Positions 1 to 10,046 of a stretch of DNA of 64,000 bases are shown here, one piece after another. The notes beneath the pieces are model-generated. The model was given only the letters and a program-made list of their open reading frames with translations. It was not told the DNA's origin and made no database searches. Position 1 is the first letter of the stretch. Every line of letters begins with the position of its first letter. Both the position numbers and the translations under genes were made by a program. The stretch is from Terracidiphilus sp. (GTDB lineage: Bacteria; Acidobacteriota; Terriglobia; Terriglobales; Acidobacteriaceae), in NCBI GenBank assembly GCA_050015795.1, contig JBEKAS010000001.1, positions 2,118 to 66,117 on the forward strand, written 5' to 3'.

Positions 1-495
1 AGAAAGAATCGCCGTGTTGTAGGGACGATTCGGCGTCCCAAAGTCGCCGATCACCAGCTCTAGCGCCCGCTCTTTCGCAACCAGATCGTCCGGGCCTTCC
101 CGTGGCGGATTGTATTTCACGGCCGTGTACTCTTCCGGCCCTCCCGCTTGTTTCGCTTCGTAGGCTATCAGCAGCCGGTCGTGCGTCTCGTTCCACTTTG
201 GAAACACCACCTCCCAGCCCACGGGTGTTTTCATGCAGATGTAGTGAGTCAATCCATTTGTGTCGGGATGCAGCGCGAAAAACGCGTCGGTTCCGTGCCA
301 TGCAGCCTGATCGTAGGCGTAGAGTGCGCGACCCCGCTCCGTCACCCCCGCAAGATAGGCACTGAGATCTTTGTCGTCAACATGTCTTGTCTGTGCTGCA
401 AGAGAATTCGCAAAAGCAAAAAGACACGTCGCAGCCAAAGCCAGAGATCTGCGCATACCAGCACCCTTCTCCACGCGGAACGGCAATGAATCCAT
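1..495 (-). CDS. Secreted hypothetical protein (3' end runs off the window)
   Basis: Open frame from ATG 495 (or 456) to the window edge. It reads MRRSLALAATCLFAFANSLAAQT, a signal-peptide-like start. Not in the ORF track because no stop falls in the window. Confidence 0.6.
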   Translation of the reverse strand, partial: MDSLPFRVEKGAGMRRSLALAATCLFAFANSLAAQTRHVDDKDLSAYLAGVTERGRALYAYDQAAWHGTDAFFALHPDTNGLTHYICMKTPVGWEVVFPKWNETHDRLLIAYEAKQAGGPEEYTAVKYNPPREGPDDLVAKERALELVIGDFGTPNRPYNTAILS

Positions 496-581
496 AACGC
501 ACCGATTCAAATCGCCGCAGTTCGCTTGAAATGATTTGTGGGAATGATACGCCGTGGGCCGGCCCTACCGTCGAGCACTCC

Positions 582-643
582 TCACAATTGCGCAATGCAG
601 CGGCGCAGACGATCGATCCAGTTCGTCGCATCTCCGGAATCAC
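582..643 (-). pseudogene. Degenerate remnant of a VapC/PIN toxin N-terminus
   Basis: The GTG overlaps the antitoxin TAG (TAGTG). With one frameshift it reads VIPxDATNWIDRLR, similar to the PIN start VILxDTSVWIDHLR, then stops at 582-584. Confidence 0.4.
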
Positions 644-837
644 TACCGGTCGACTCTCATTCGCCTGATATCTTCGAGTTCCGGCATGGTGCCGCCAAGC
701 GCGGCGAGCTGGCGCGACGCCTCCCGATGAATCAGCGCCTTCAACGCTTCGTGCAGGAGAACGGTCCTGTCGGTGATTCCGGTGTAATCCTGCGCCTGGC
801 GCACTAGCTCGTCGTCGAGTCGCACGGTGGTCCTCAT
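643..837 (-). CDS. Type II TA antitoxin, VapB family
   Basis: 64 aa: MRTTVRLDDELVRQAQDYTGITDRTVLLHEALKALIHREASRQLAALGGT, a typical RHH-like VapB pattern. Confidence 0.8.
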   Translation of the reverse strand: MRTTVRLDDELVRQAQDYTGITDRTVLLHEALKALIHREASRQLAALGGTMPELEDIRRMRVDR

Positions 838-920
838 AAGGTCCTCTTATCACCTATATCGACGATACCGGACTGATATCCAATGAATTCCAGGCCGCGG
901 ACGGCCCTGAAAACCTGTCT

Positions 921-2390
921 CTACCGTCCGAGGTACGCCCGGTACTGCTGCTCCAGAACACCGGCGGCGCGCGCCAGCATCAGCTTCGAGACGTTGTACT
1001 GGTACAGGCTCTCCACGAGGTTGTTTTCGGCGGTGGCCAGGGTGGCTTGCGCCGTCACCAGGGGCAGGTTGTCGTCCACGCCGGCATTCACGCGGTCGGT
1101 CTCGTCGCTCAACGTACGCGTGGCAAGGTCCACATTGGATCGCGCCACGTCGACGAGCTGCTGGTTCGCGTTCACGTCCAGCAGCGCCGCCTGCACCTGT
1201 TCGTCGATGTGGTTGCGCAGGTCGGCAAGTTGGGCATCGATCGAGTCCATCTCCGCCTTTGACGCATCCTCATCGCCTCGCAGCCGCGCCTCGCGAAAGA
1301 TGGGAAAGTTCAGCGTCCCGATGGCGGACCAATCGCCGTGCGTGCCCGCGCCATTCACTGTGCTGGTGCCGTAGTAGCTTTTAAAACTGAGCGTGGGCAG
1401 CCGCTCGCTGCGATACACCGCGTGCACAGCCTTGTACTCCACCGCCTGGTTCTGCAGGTTCTGGTAGTCCTGGCGGCTGCGGTAGGCGAGCGCTCGCACC
1501 TCATCCGGCGTCTGCTCGGCCAGGTCGCTGTAGGGCGCGGGATCGGTGAGGGCAATCTCCTGTCCGGGATCGATGCCGATCTCGCGCTTGAGCAGAATCA
1601 AATCCTTCGCCTGCTGGTTCTGGGCCGCAATCAGCGCCTGCTGCTGCGACTCAAGTTGTACGCGAGCGCGCAATTCATCCAGATTTGCCACGGTCCCGGC
1701 TTGGTGCGCCGCATGCTCGTGATCCAGCTGCAATTGCGCCTGCGCCACCAGGGCGTTTGCGTTCTCCACCTGGCTCTCGTCGGCAATGGCCCGCAGATAC
1801 GCGGTCGCCACTTGTTGCACCACCTCGCCGCGCGCCGACATCTTGTTGAAATACGCTGACCGCTCCGCCGCGCCCGCCGCCTTCCAGCCCTGGATGACGG
1901 GGCCGGAAAACAGGATTTGGCTAAAGTGAATCTGCCCCTCGGTCAAATCGTCGCGCGTAATGTTCGAGAGCCCTGCCGGTATTTTGCCGCCGGGAAACAA
2001 CGACGAGAACTCGGCAATCACGCTGGGGCCGAATCCGAGCGCCGCCAGGTCGTGCATGTAATAACCGGTGTCGCCGGTGAGCCAGATGGTCGGCAAGAAC
2101 TCCTGCATCGCCTCGGTCTTCAGCCCGTGCAGCGTTTTCTCGCCGTTCTCGGCTTCTTTCAGTCCCAGGTTGTTTTTCAGGCCGCGCTGGATGGCGTCGT
2201 CCAGCGACAACTTGAGCGGCTCGCTCGCGACCGGCTGCGCGGTCACGCTGCCGTAGAAGGGATTGGCCGCCGACGTCGGGTTCTGCCCCTGCGCCAACGC
2301 CGCGCCGGCTCCAATCGCCGCCAAAATCAGGAGAAGGAACGCAGGCGCGATTCGCATGAAGTCAAAATGATGCCGTGGATTCACTGCCAT
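921..2390 (-). CDS. TolC-family outer membrane efflux protein
   Basis: Signal peptide, LSLDDAIQRGLKNN start, duplicated helical repeats, and a C-terminal AENNLVESLYQYNVSKLML. Confidence 0.85.
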   Translation of the reverse strand: MAVNPRHHFDFMRIAPAFLLLILAAIGAGAALAQGQNPTSAANPFYGSVTAQPVASEPLKLSLDDAIQRGLKNNLGLKEAENGEKTLHGLKTEAMQEFLPTIWLTGDTGYYMHDLAALGFGPSVIAEFSSLFPGGKIPAGLSNITRDDLTEGQIHFSQILFSGPVIQGWKAAGAAERSAYFNKMSARGEVVQQVATAYLRAIADESQVENANALVAQAQLQLDHEHAAHQAGTVANLDELRARVQLESQQQALIAAQNQQAKDLILLKREIGIDPGQEIALTDPAPYSDLAEQTPDEVRALAYRSRQDYQNLQNQAVEYKAVHAVYRSERLPTLSFKSYYGTSTVNGAGTHGDWSAIGTLNFPIFREARLRGDEDASKAEMDSIDAQLADLRNHIDEQVQAALLDVNANQQLVDVARSNVDLATRTLSDETDRVNAGVDDNLPLVTAQATLATAENNLVESLYQYNVSKLMLARAAGVLEQQYRAYLGR

Positions 2391-2448
2391 TATTTTCTCA
2401 GATGCGCCTCTGGCCTCAAAGATTCAATGGCATCCGGAGTAGGTCGGG

Positions 2449-4503
2449 CTAGTCCGCCGGATGGATCCACATGGCGTTGCCGCCGCCGGAAACCATGTGT
2501 ACGTCGAGCACCGTCGTGCGGTCGACAGTTTGCTTCGTCAACACCGTGTGCGTTGGTTCCTCGGCTGCGTCCGGCGCATCGGCGTAAATCTCCGCTACAT
2601 ATTTCCCCTCGCCCAGAAAGCTCAGCGGCACCTTCACGTCGCGCGCGTCCCAGTTGGTCAGCGAGCCCACATACCAGTCGTTCCCGCTGCGCCGCGCCAG
2701 CGTGATCCACTGCATGGGCATGCCGCCGATCGACCGCACCTCGTCCCACGTGCACGGAACCCGCTTGATGAAATCGAATTCCTTTTGCCCCGCGTAGGCT
2801 TCCGGAAAATCCGACACCATCTCGAGTTCGCTCTCGAAGACCACGTAGAGGGCCAACTCCTGGGCGCGCGTGTTCAGTCCCATGGGCATAAAGGGCCGCG
2901 GCACAAAGTGCTCCAGGTTCGAGTTGTTGAATGCGCCCGGCGTGTAATCCATGGGCCCGGCCAACATGCGCGTAAAGGGCAGCGTGGCGTTATGCGCCGG
3001 TGTCACCCGCGCCGTCCCCTTCAGATATTCCTTGCCCATTACGCCTTCGCGCGTCATCAGGTTGGGATACGTGCGGCGCAGCCCGTCCGGCTTGAACGCG
3101 CCGTGGTAGTCGATCATCAGATGATGCTCGGCCGCCGCGGCCACCACCTTGCGGTACCAGTCGACCATCCATTGGTCGTCGCGATTCATGAAGTCGATCT
3201 TCACGCCGGCGACGCCCCACTGCTCAAAGAGCGGAAACGCCTGGTCCATGTGCGCGTCCACCGACGTCCAATGCGCCCACAGCCACAGCTTCACGTGCTT
3301 TTCCTTTGCGTAGCGCAACAGCTCGGGCATGTCGATGTTCGGCGATACGTGCGTAATATCGGCCAGCCGTGGCTCCGCACCTGTGGCGTTGGGGTCCTTG
3401 GCTTCCCATCCCGCGTCGATGAGCATGTACGGGAAGCCCGACGCCGACGCAAAGTCGATGTAGTGCTTCATGATCTCGGTCGTGACGCCGGGCTTGACCG
3501 AGAGGCTTGGCGCGGCGTCGCCGCTCCACCAGTCCCACGCCGATTTGCCCGCCTTGATCCACGAGGTGTCAGCAATCTGCGGCGGGGGATTCAGATTGAG
3601 CACAATATTCGACTCGATCAGCTTCGACGGCTGGTCGGCGATCATCAGCACGCGCCACGGGCTCGAGAACGGGGTTTCCGTTTCCACCGCATAAGTGGGA
3701 TCGATGTTGCCGGCGCGATCCTCATGCGGCGAGAGATCGGCATGCACCGTACGGCTCGCGAATCTCTCTGCCTTGCGCAGGTACATGCCTGAGTAATGCT
3801 CGATGTCCGCCTCGGTAATCGCGACCCAACCCACGCCCGGCTCGTTGGCAAGATACGGCAGCCCGATCTGCCAGTCCTTGTGCAGCCCGCTCACGTTGCG
3901 CAGTTGATACTCGTCCTCCCACGACGACTGATAGCCATCGAGGATCAGCGGGTAGGTCGAAGCGTCTTTGGCATAGGTGAATTCGGTCAGCTCGTGGGCG
4001 ATGCGGGTTTGGCCAATCCCCGGCTGCTTGGGAACCAGATAGCGAAACGCCACGCCGTCGTCGAAAGCGCGCACTTCGATCGACATCTTGCGACCGGTCG
4101 CATCTGCGAAATCCGCACGCACGCCGTTGTAGTGGTTGTGCACTTCGCGCGTCTTGCCCACGGGGAGCGTGTAGGTGTCGTCGGCGCTCTCCGCGTGCTC
4201 GCCGGTCTTGCGCATGCCGGGCCCCATGGAGGGCTGCCCTATCAGGTCCAGCCCCAGCCTGGACGCGACAAAGAGCGGCTGGCGGTGAAAGTCGACCGTG
4301 TAGCGCAGGTCAACATTGGTGCCGCCGGCATTCTCCGTGCCGCCGGCCCAGTCCCCCGCAAACAGGCGCAACGTGATCTGACCGTTCGGCGATGTCACCG
4401 TAGCCGCGGCCGCGCCCGCATTGTCGGGCGACTGTGCGTTCAGAAATCCAGTGGCAACAAGAAGCGCAAGTGGGCACATTCCGGCGTGGCGAAGAGTGGA
4501 CAT
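2449..4503 (-). CDS. Glycoside hydrolase family 97 (alpha-glucosidase/galactosidase)
   Basis: GH97 motifs WIKAGKSAWDWW, GVKIDF, DYHGAFKP, TREGVMGKE and FTRMLAGPMDYTPG, plus a signal peptide. Confidence 0.92.
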   Translation of the reverse strand: MSTLRHAGMCPLALLVATGFLNAQSPDNAGAAAATVTSPNGQITLRLFAGDWAGGTENAGGTNVDLRYTVDFHRQPLFVASRLGLDLIGQPSMGPGMRKTGEHAESADDTYTLPVGKTREVHNHYNGVRADFADATGRKMSIEVRAFDDGVAFRYLVPKQPGIGQTRIAHELTEFTYAKDASTYPLILDGYQSSWEDEYQLRNVSGLHKDWQIGLPYLANEPGVGWVAITEADIEHYSGMYLRKAERFASRTVHADLSPHEDRAGNIDPTYAVETETPFSSPWRVLMIADQPSKLIESNIVLNLNPPPQIADTSWIKAGKSAWDWWSGDAAPSLSVKPGVTTEIMKHYIDFASASGFPYMLIDAGWEAKDPNATGAEPRLADITHVSPNIDMPELLRYAKEKHVKLWLWAHWTSVDAHMDQAFPLFEQWGVAGVKIDFMNRDDQWMVDWYRKVVAAAAEHHLMIDYHGAFKPDGLRRTYPNLMTREGVMGKEYLKGTARVTPAHNATLPFTRMLAGPMDYTPGAFNNSNLEHFVPRPFMPMGLNTRAQELALYVVFESELEMVSDFPEAYAGQKEFDFIKRVPCTWDEVRSIGGMPMQWITLARRSGNDWYVGSLTNWDARDVKVPLSFLGEGKYVAEIYADAPDAAEEPTHTVLTKQTVDRTTVLDVHMVSGGGNAMWIHPAD

Positions 4504-4625
4504 GATTCCCCCGTGGCGACCGGCTGGTTGGGTGTGCGTTCACGCAGCCTTGCCGGCCACGCGCCAGTATACGCGGGCGTCGCTGGCCGCAGATATACGC
4601 CGCGGATCAGTTCGAAGAAAATCAT

Positions 4626-4755
4626 CCCTCAGGGGCTAAATCCCCGGCTTATTCTTTGCGACGACTTCGGCCCGGCTAAAGCCGTGGCCTTGTTACAAAA
4701 CTCAGTGTGAAGAAGCGGCTTGCGACCCGGCTAAAGGCGTGCCTTTGTTACAAAG
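4626..4755. repeat. REP-like element, GGCTAAAGCC / GGCACGAC family (degenerate)
   Basis: cctcaggggctaaa...cggcccggctaaagccgtggcc.tgttacaaaac has the same layout as the 61368-61489 element. Confidence 0.6.
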
Positions 4756-4833
4756 CCCGTCTGCGTGCCCTTCTTACAATGCTCGTAGTGGAGATGCGTT
4801 TTCACGCGGCAGGAACTTTGCGGGCGGCGAATT

Positions 4834-6108
4834 TCATACGAGATGCAGCGCAGCTTCAGCCCAATGCAAGGCTTCTTCGTAGCACACCAGCAGATCGCCG
4901 GCGTTGAGGCCTTGCTTTTCCGTCACGATATCGCAGGTCGACCAGTCGGCGCGTTCGTGGCCCTCAAGCCAGCAGAGCAAGGCGCGCTCCGGCAGCTTCT
5001 CGCCCTCCAATGCCCGGCGGATCCCGTCTCGCAGCGGCAGCAAGGGCGTCAGATCGTTCATGGGCACCCGCAGCATTGCAGGCAGGAGGCTCAGCAGCCC
5101 CAGCAGATACTGCTCTGCGGGCAGCAGATTGCAAAACACTGAGGCCAGTTCGCAAAAGCGCCCGCGAACGAACGCCATGCGCAGCAATTCCATGGGTTGG
5201 CCCGCGTTCATCTCGCTGGTAATAGCCAGCGTTGCCAGACGGCGAAAGTTCTCTTCGCCCACGGCGATCAGCGCCGCTTGCACCGATTGCACCTCCTGCC
5301 GCATGGCGCTCATGGGCGAATTGACCAGCCGAAGCAGGCGGTAAGTCAGGCAGGTGTCGCGCTTTACGAGTCCCGTCAACTCGTGCAGGTCCATGGTTTC
5401 GTCCTGCAGCATGCGCAGGATCTCCACGTGCTGCAGACGGTTGGCAGGAACCTTGTAGTTCTTCATCAGCACGGGCCTGCAAAAGTAGTAGCCCTGCATA
5501 AGCGTAAAGCCCTCATCGCGCGCCTGCTGGTACTCCTCCTGCGTTTCCACTTTCTCTGCGACGAGCGCTACTGTCACGCCGCTCAGCCGGCGCAGCAGTT
5601 CGCGCCGATTCTGTTCATCCGAAATAGCAAAATCCACCTTGATATAGTCGGCAATCTCCACCAGCGGCTCGATGCCGGGCTTCCACGTGAAATCATCCAG
5701 CGCCAGCCGGAACCCGGACGCTTTCAGGTGCCGGCATGCGCTGATCAGTGCCGGTGAGGGGTCGAGAGTCTCAAGGATTTCAAGAACCGTCATGCCCGCG
5801 GGCAGTACATGCAGCAATCGGCCGGTAAGCGCCTCTTCGGTACAGTTCAGGAACGCCGGGAGATTGCCGCTCAGCCTTCCCAGCCCGAAAAGCAGCGTGT
5901 TGTCGATCATGGTGCGGGTGGCCAAGTCGCCGTCGCCGCGGAATATCGCGCGCGGGCCATCGCGAAACAGCAGTTCGTACCCGTGCACCTTGCCGTGCAG
6001 ATCGAGGATGGGCTGGCGCGCCACGTAGCGCATGCCAATCGCCAAATCCGGTTCCGGTAAGGCGCTGACGGGCGTGGCATTGAAAGGTGTTTCGGCGTGA
6101 GCTGCCAT
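4834..6108 (-). CDS. EAL + HDOD domain c-di-GMP signalling protein (YuxH/PdeH-like)
   Basis: ARQPI, YELLFR, ALDDF, KVDF, AEKVET and QGYYF motifs followed by an HDOD region. Start placed at ATG 6108 behind GGAGGGG. Confidence 0.85.
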   Translation of the reverse strand: MAAHAETPFNATPVSALPEPDLAIGMRYVARQPILDLHGKVHGYELLFRDGPRAIFRGDGDLATRTMIDNTLLFGLGRLSGNLPAFLNCTEEALTGRLLHVLPAGMTVLEILETLDPSPALISACRHLKASGFRLALDDFTWKPGIEPLVEIADYIKVDFAISDEQNRRELLRRLSGVTVALVAEKVETQEEYQQARDEGFTLMQGYYFCRPVLMKNYKVPANRLQHVEILRMLQDETMDLHELTGLVKRDTCLTYRLLRLVNSPMSAMRQEVQSVQAALIAVGEENFRRLATLAITSEMNAGQPMELLRMAFVRGRFCELASVFCNLLPAEQYLLGLLSLLPAMLRVPMNDLTPLLPLRDGIRRALEGEKLPERALLCWLEGHERADWSTCDIVTEKQGLNAGDLLVCYEEALHWAEAALHLV

Positions 6109-6195
6109 GCGTGCCCCTCCGAAACGTCTATCGGCGGGTTGCAAGACTCACTTGAGAAGCTGTCCGGAAATGCATCTGTGTGCGGTTCGTGCTGT

Positions 6196-6261
6196 CCCAC
6201 CCCTTGGCCCCCAAAACGGGCGAGATGATGGGGCACGGGAAGGTTCTTCTTCAAGCGGTCA
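6196..6261. repeat. REP-like hairpin, CCCACCC...GATGGGGCAC family, with extension
   Basis: Near-identical to 23617-23683, including the tail gggcacgggaaggttc.tcttca.gcggtca. Confidence 0.7.
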
Positions 6262-6284
6262 GAAACCTAGCTCCGCTAGCCCCG

Positions 6285-7034
6285 CTACCCGCCCATGAAC
6301 ATGCCTCCGTTCACATCCAGCACGTGGCCAGTAATGTACGACGCCGCGTCCGAGGCCAGGAACTTCACCGCCTGCGCCACATCCCTGGGCGTGCCGCGCC
6401 TGCCGAGGGGAACCGTGGCCAGCATGGCCTTGGATACCTCTTCGCTCAGCACCGCCGTCATGGGGGTTTCAATAAATCCCGGCGCTACCGCGTTCACGGT
6501 AATGTTTCGCGAGGCCACTTCGCGAGCCAGCGACCGCGTGAGCCCGATCAGACCGGCCTTTGATGCCGCGTAATTTACCTGGCCCGCCTGCCCCGCGCGT
6601 CCCACCACGCTGGCAATGTTCACAATCCGTCCCCAGCGGTTCTTCAGCATGGGGCTCAGCAGCGCCTGGGTCAGCAGGAAAGCTCCCGTCAGGTTGATGC
6701 TCAAAACCAGATCCCAATCGGCGGGCTTCATGCGCAGCATCAGGTTGTCGCGCGTGATGCCGGCGTTGTTGACGAGAATTTCGACCTTGCCGAATTTCTC
6801 CAGAATCGCCTTGGCTCCGGCCTCGATCGACTCCTGGCTCGACACGTTCACTGTGAACGCGGAGGCATCGATGCCCTGGGCCTTCATCTCGGCCACCGTC
6901 TCCGCCAGCTTGGCCTCGTTCACGTCGGCCAGCACGATCACCGCGCCCGCCGCGGCCAGCTCTTCGGCAATGGCGCGCCCAATGCCCTGCGCCCCGCCTG
7001 TTACCAGCGCAATTCTTCCCTGCAAATCACCCAT
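6285..7034 (-). CDS. fabG: 3-oxoacyl-ACP reductase
   Basis: TGGAQGIG, NNAGITRDNL, YAASK and VNAVAPGFIET motifs. Start at ATG 7034 after GAGG; 249 aa. Confidence 0.9.
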   Translation of the reverse strand: MGDLQGRIALVTGGAQGIGRAIAEELAAAGAVIVLADVNEAKLAETVAEMKAQGIDASAFTVNVSSQESIEAGAKAILEKFGKVEILVNNAGITRDNLMLRMKPADWDLVLSINLTGAFLLTQALLSPMLKNRWGRIVNIASVVGRAGQAGQVNYAASKAGLIGLTRSLAREVASRNITVNAVAPGFIETPMTAVLSEEVSKAMLATVPLGRRGTPRDVAQAVKFLASDAASYITGHVLDVNGGMFMGG

Positions 7035-7228
7035 GTCTGTTGTTGACCTCTGCGCGGAGAAGTCCGCGCCTTTCCACGGCTGATTATAAACGGGCCGCGC
7101 AGACATGCAGATTCCAGCCTTTCTAATGTGGTATGACATGGCGTCTCCGGTGACATTGCGCCAAGCAGCCTGTTCCTATACGCTAAGTGGGACTTCCGAG
7201 GCGGGTGCTCTGACGCCTGACAATCACA

Positions 7229-8422
7229 GTGGCTAGCCCCAAGGCATTGATAAAACCCGAGTTACTCGGCTGGGCACGCGATCGCGCTAAGGTCACAGTC
7301 GATGACGCCGCAAAGGTGGCCAACGTAGAGCCCGAAACGCTGGAAGGGTGGGAGGCGGGAGACGGCGCTCCGACCATCAGCCAATTGCGGAACCTCGCGG
7401 GAAAATATCACTTTCCCTTGGCTGTTTTCTACCTATCGAAACCCCCTACGGATTTCACACCCCTACGAGACTTCCGCCGGTTGCCGAATGCTAACGACCG
7501 CACGATCAGCACAGAACTAGCCTTGCACATTCGTAACGCCCAGCAAAGGCGAGAGCTTGCCTTGGAGCTGCACGATGAACTTGGCGAACCGGCGCGGCCG
7601 TTCCGGCTTAGAGCCACTCTCATCGATTCGCCCGAAGTTGTAGGTGAAGAGGTTCGTAGATTTCTCGGCGTAACAGATGCCGATCAGTGCAAGGCTGCAA
7701 GAGAGGGCCGCGGGTTCGACTTCTGGCGGCGGAAGTTTGAAGAAAAGGACATTTTGGTTTTCGTCATCGGTGGTCCGCATAACACCGTCGATACGAACGA
7801 AATGCGCGGCTTCGCCATCGCCCGCAATGAGATCCCCGTCATCGTCATCAATGGCCGGGACTATAGTCCAGGCGGCAGGTGCTACACCCTTTTGCATGAG
7901 CTAGCCCACGTTCTACTCGGAGAAAGCGCCCTTACGAATGGCGACGGCGGGACGGCCGAGGAGCAAATGATTGAACGCTTCTGCGATGCGGTCGCTGCTG
8001 CTGCCCTTATGCCGCGTGACCTCATGTTGTCGTTCGCTCAGGTGAAGCCGTCCGGCGAGCGGAAGTGGAACGACGACGAGCTGCGGACTATGGCAAACGC
8101 GATAGGCGTAAGCCGCGAGGCATTCCTGCTACGGCTTGTCACAATGCGACGGGCATCTTGGGATTTCTACATGGGCCGCCGGAAGAAGTTTCGAGATGAC
8201 TACGAAGCGGGTGCGACAGCAAAGGCATTGGCTCCTAAGAAGGAAGTCAAGATTCCGCGCCCGATTCTGCTGATGAGCTGGAACGGAAGAGGCTTCACGC
8301 GCCTTGTGCTGCGAAGCTATTACGATCAACGCATTACACTCAATGACGTTTCCAGCTATCTCGGCGCAAAGGTGAAGCATGTTCCCGCGCTAGAAAGGGC
8401 AGCGTTTCAGACAGCGGAATAG
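7229..8422 (+). CDS. XRE HTH + ImmA/IrrE-family Zn metallopeptidase
   Basis: N-terminal HTH (LEGWEAGDGAPTISQLRNLA), HELAH zinc motif, and ERFCDAVAAAALMP. Confidence 0.88.
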   Translation: MASPKALIKPELLGWARDRAKVTVDDAAKVANVEPETLEGWEAGDGAPTISQLRNLAGKYHFPLAVFYLSKPPTDFTPLRDFRRLPNANDRTISTELALHIRNAQQRRELALELHDELGEPARPFRLRATLIDSPEVVGEEVRRFLGVTDADQCKAAREGRGFDFWRRKFEEKDILVFVIGGPHNTVDTNEMRGFAIARNEIPVIVINGRDYSPGGRCYTLLHELAHVLLGESALTNGDGGTAEEQMIERFCDAVAAAALMPRDLMLSFAQVKPSGERKWNDDELRTMANAIGVSREAFLLRLVTMRRASWDFYMGRRKKFRDDYEAGATAKALAPKKEVKIPRPILLMSWNGRGFTRLVLRSYYDQRITLNDVSSYLGAKVKHVPALERAAFQTAE

Positions 8423-8433
8423 CTCCGCTCAAG

Positions 8434-8901
8434 ATGATCTACTGTGTTGATACAAGTTCGTTGATCGCGGCATGGCAGGAACGCTACCCAATCGAGAATT
8501 TCCCAAAATTTTGGGATCGCATTGACGGCCTCATTAAGGAGAAAAGGCTGATTTCGCCTGTCGATGTTTTCCTAGAGACCAAAAAGCGCTCCGATGAGCT
8601 GCATGGGTGGCTGAAAGGGCGTAAGGCCGATGTCTTCCGCGAACTCGATGACGCCGTGCAGACGGCGGCCGCCAGCGTCCTGGATAGGTTCCCGCGCCTC
8701 GTCGGAGATAAAAAACTTAGCACATCGGCGGACCCCTTCGTGATCGCCCTCGCGCTCGTCCAAGGGGTGACGGTCGTCACCGAGGAGAAACTTACGGGCA
8801 GCGATCGCAGGCCTCACATCCCGGACGTGTGCGCCGCCTTCGGAGTGGAGTGCAAGAGCCTCCTCGATATGATCCGCTCCGAAAAGTGGGTCGTCGGATG
8901 A
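8434..8901 (+). CDS. DUF4411-family PIN-domain protein
   Basis: YCVDTSSLIAAW...FPKFW, ADPFVIALA and VVTEE...IPDVC. It lies 11 bp downstream of the ImmA gene. Confidence 0.82.
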   Translation: MIYCVDTSSLIAAWQERYPIENFPKFWDRIDGLIKEKRLISPVDVFLETKKRSDELHGWLKGRKADVFRELDDAVQTAAASVLDRFPRLVGDKKLSTSADPFVIALALVQGVTVVTEEKLTGSDRRPHIPDVCAAFGVECKSLLDMIRSEKWVVG

Positions 8902-9070
8902 CGGGCCGCTATACATCGCTTTCGCCGATTCCGAGATAATATTGGCGGAGGCAGGTCGGATTGTTGTCGTCAACCGTCCGCCTGCGGCCGTGAGCCCGTT
9001 GCGGGTATGTCGGTTTCTGGTGACTGACTGTAGATTCCCTGCCGGCTTGTTCCCCCGTTCCCTGCTTTTC

Positions 9071-9877
9071 TCACGTCGGCGTCGCAGCCACCGTGACCGG
9101 CCTCGTCACCAACGCGGAGTGCACCAGCTCCGCCGGCCAGATATAAACCGCCAGCCGCCGCGAGTAGTGCAGCACCGGCTCCTGATTCGGCAGATCGATG
9201 CCTACCGCCGTCCCCAGATCGTTGCGCTCGATCTCCGCCTCCGCATCCTCAAGCGGCCAGGGCACATGGTGCAGATTGGCGCGGATCGGCTCTCCGGCCC
9301 GGTTGATGCTGAACACGCAATTGCGCTCGGAAAAGAAATATTCGAACGATCCCGGCCGAATCTCGGCCGTTTTATGGGTCGGTCCCAGTCCCCGGTAGCG
9401 CGCCTTGAAGATGACTTCCGGCCGCGTGAAGCGGCGGCGGCTGTAAAACGCGAACTCCCGTTCCGATCGTTGCTCCATGCGCATCTCCGCCAGCTTGTAG
9501 GGCAGGTGATAGGCGACATGCGCCACCGCCACCGCCAGTAGATTGCTGGAATCGACCGAAAAACAGTAGATTCCCGGCGTTCCCGTGAACCGGTCGCGCA
9601 CATAGGTCCGCAAATTCAGGTCGGGAAAGCTGCGCAGCCCCGGAATGGGCGGTACGCCGCGGATTTTAATGCGGTCCAGCCAGAAGGGCACTGCCCCCAG
9701 CCATGCCGATCCCTGATACGAATCGACTTCAAGCCACTCCGGAAGCAACGCCTCCATCACGGAGCCCGCAATCGGCCAGTGCGCAAAGAGCAGATCGTTC
9801 CAGCGCTGGGTCATGGCCCAGCGTCCCGGCGGCAAAGGCCGCGGTTTGTGCGATGTGCGCACTAAGAACTCCCGCAC
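9071..9877 (-). CDS. YqjF / DUF2071 family protein
   Basis: MTQRWNDLLFAHW, FPDLNLRTYV and PGIYCFSVD. GTG start at 9877 behind AGGAG. Confidence 0.85.
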   Translation of the reverse strand: MREFLVRTSHKPRPLPPGRWAMTQRWNDLLFAHWPIAGSVMEALLPEWLEVDSYQGSAWLGAVPFWLDRIKIRGVPPIPGLRSFPDLNLRTYVRDRFTGTPGIYCFSVDSSNLLAVAVAHVAYHLPYKLAEMRMEQRSEREFAFYSRRRFTRPEVIFKARYRGLGPTHKTAEIRPGSFEYFFSERNCVFSINRAGEPIRANLHHVPWPLEDAEAEIERNDLGTAVGIDLPNQEPVLHYSRRLAVYIWPAELVHSALVTRPVTVAATPT

Positions 9878-10046
9878 GAAGAACTCCTGTCCCAAGACGC
9901 GTGGATCGGCGCTCCCGCGCGTTTCCGGGGTTACGCTCTTGCGGCGCTTCGCCTTCCGGCTACGGCTCTATTGTTCACCTTCGCAGGCGCCAAAGTGAAT
10001 CACACATTCGAGGGAAACAGACCCCGCCACGCGCGGGCACTCCCTC

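Noticed and set aside
377-853. 158-aa minus-strand ORF as the missing toxin
   Set aside because: It is out of frame with both the VapB and the secreted protein it overlaps, and has no PIN motifs.
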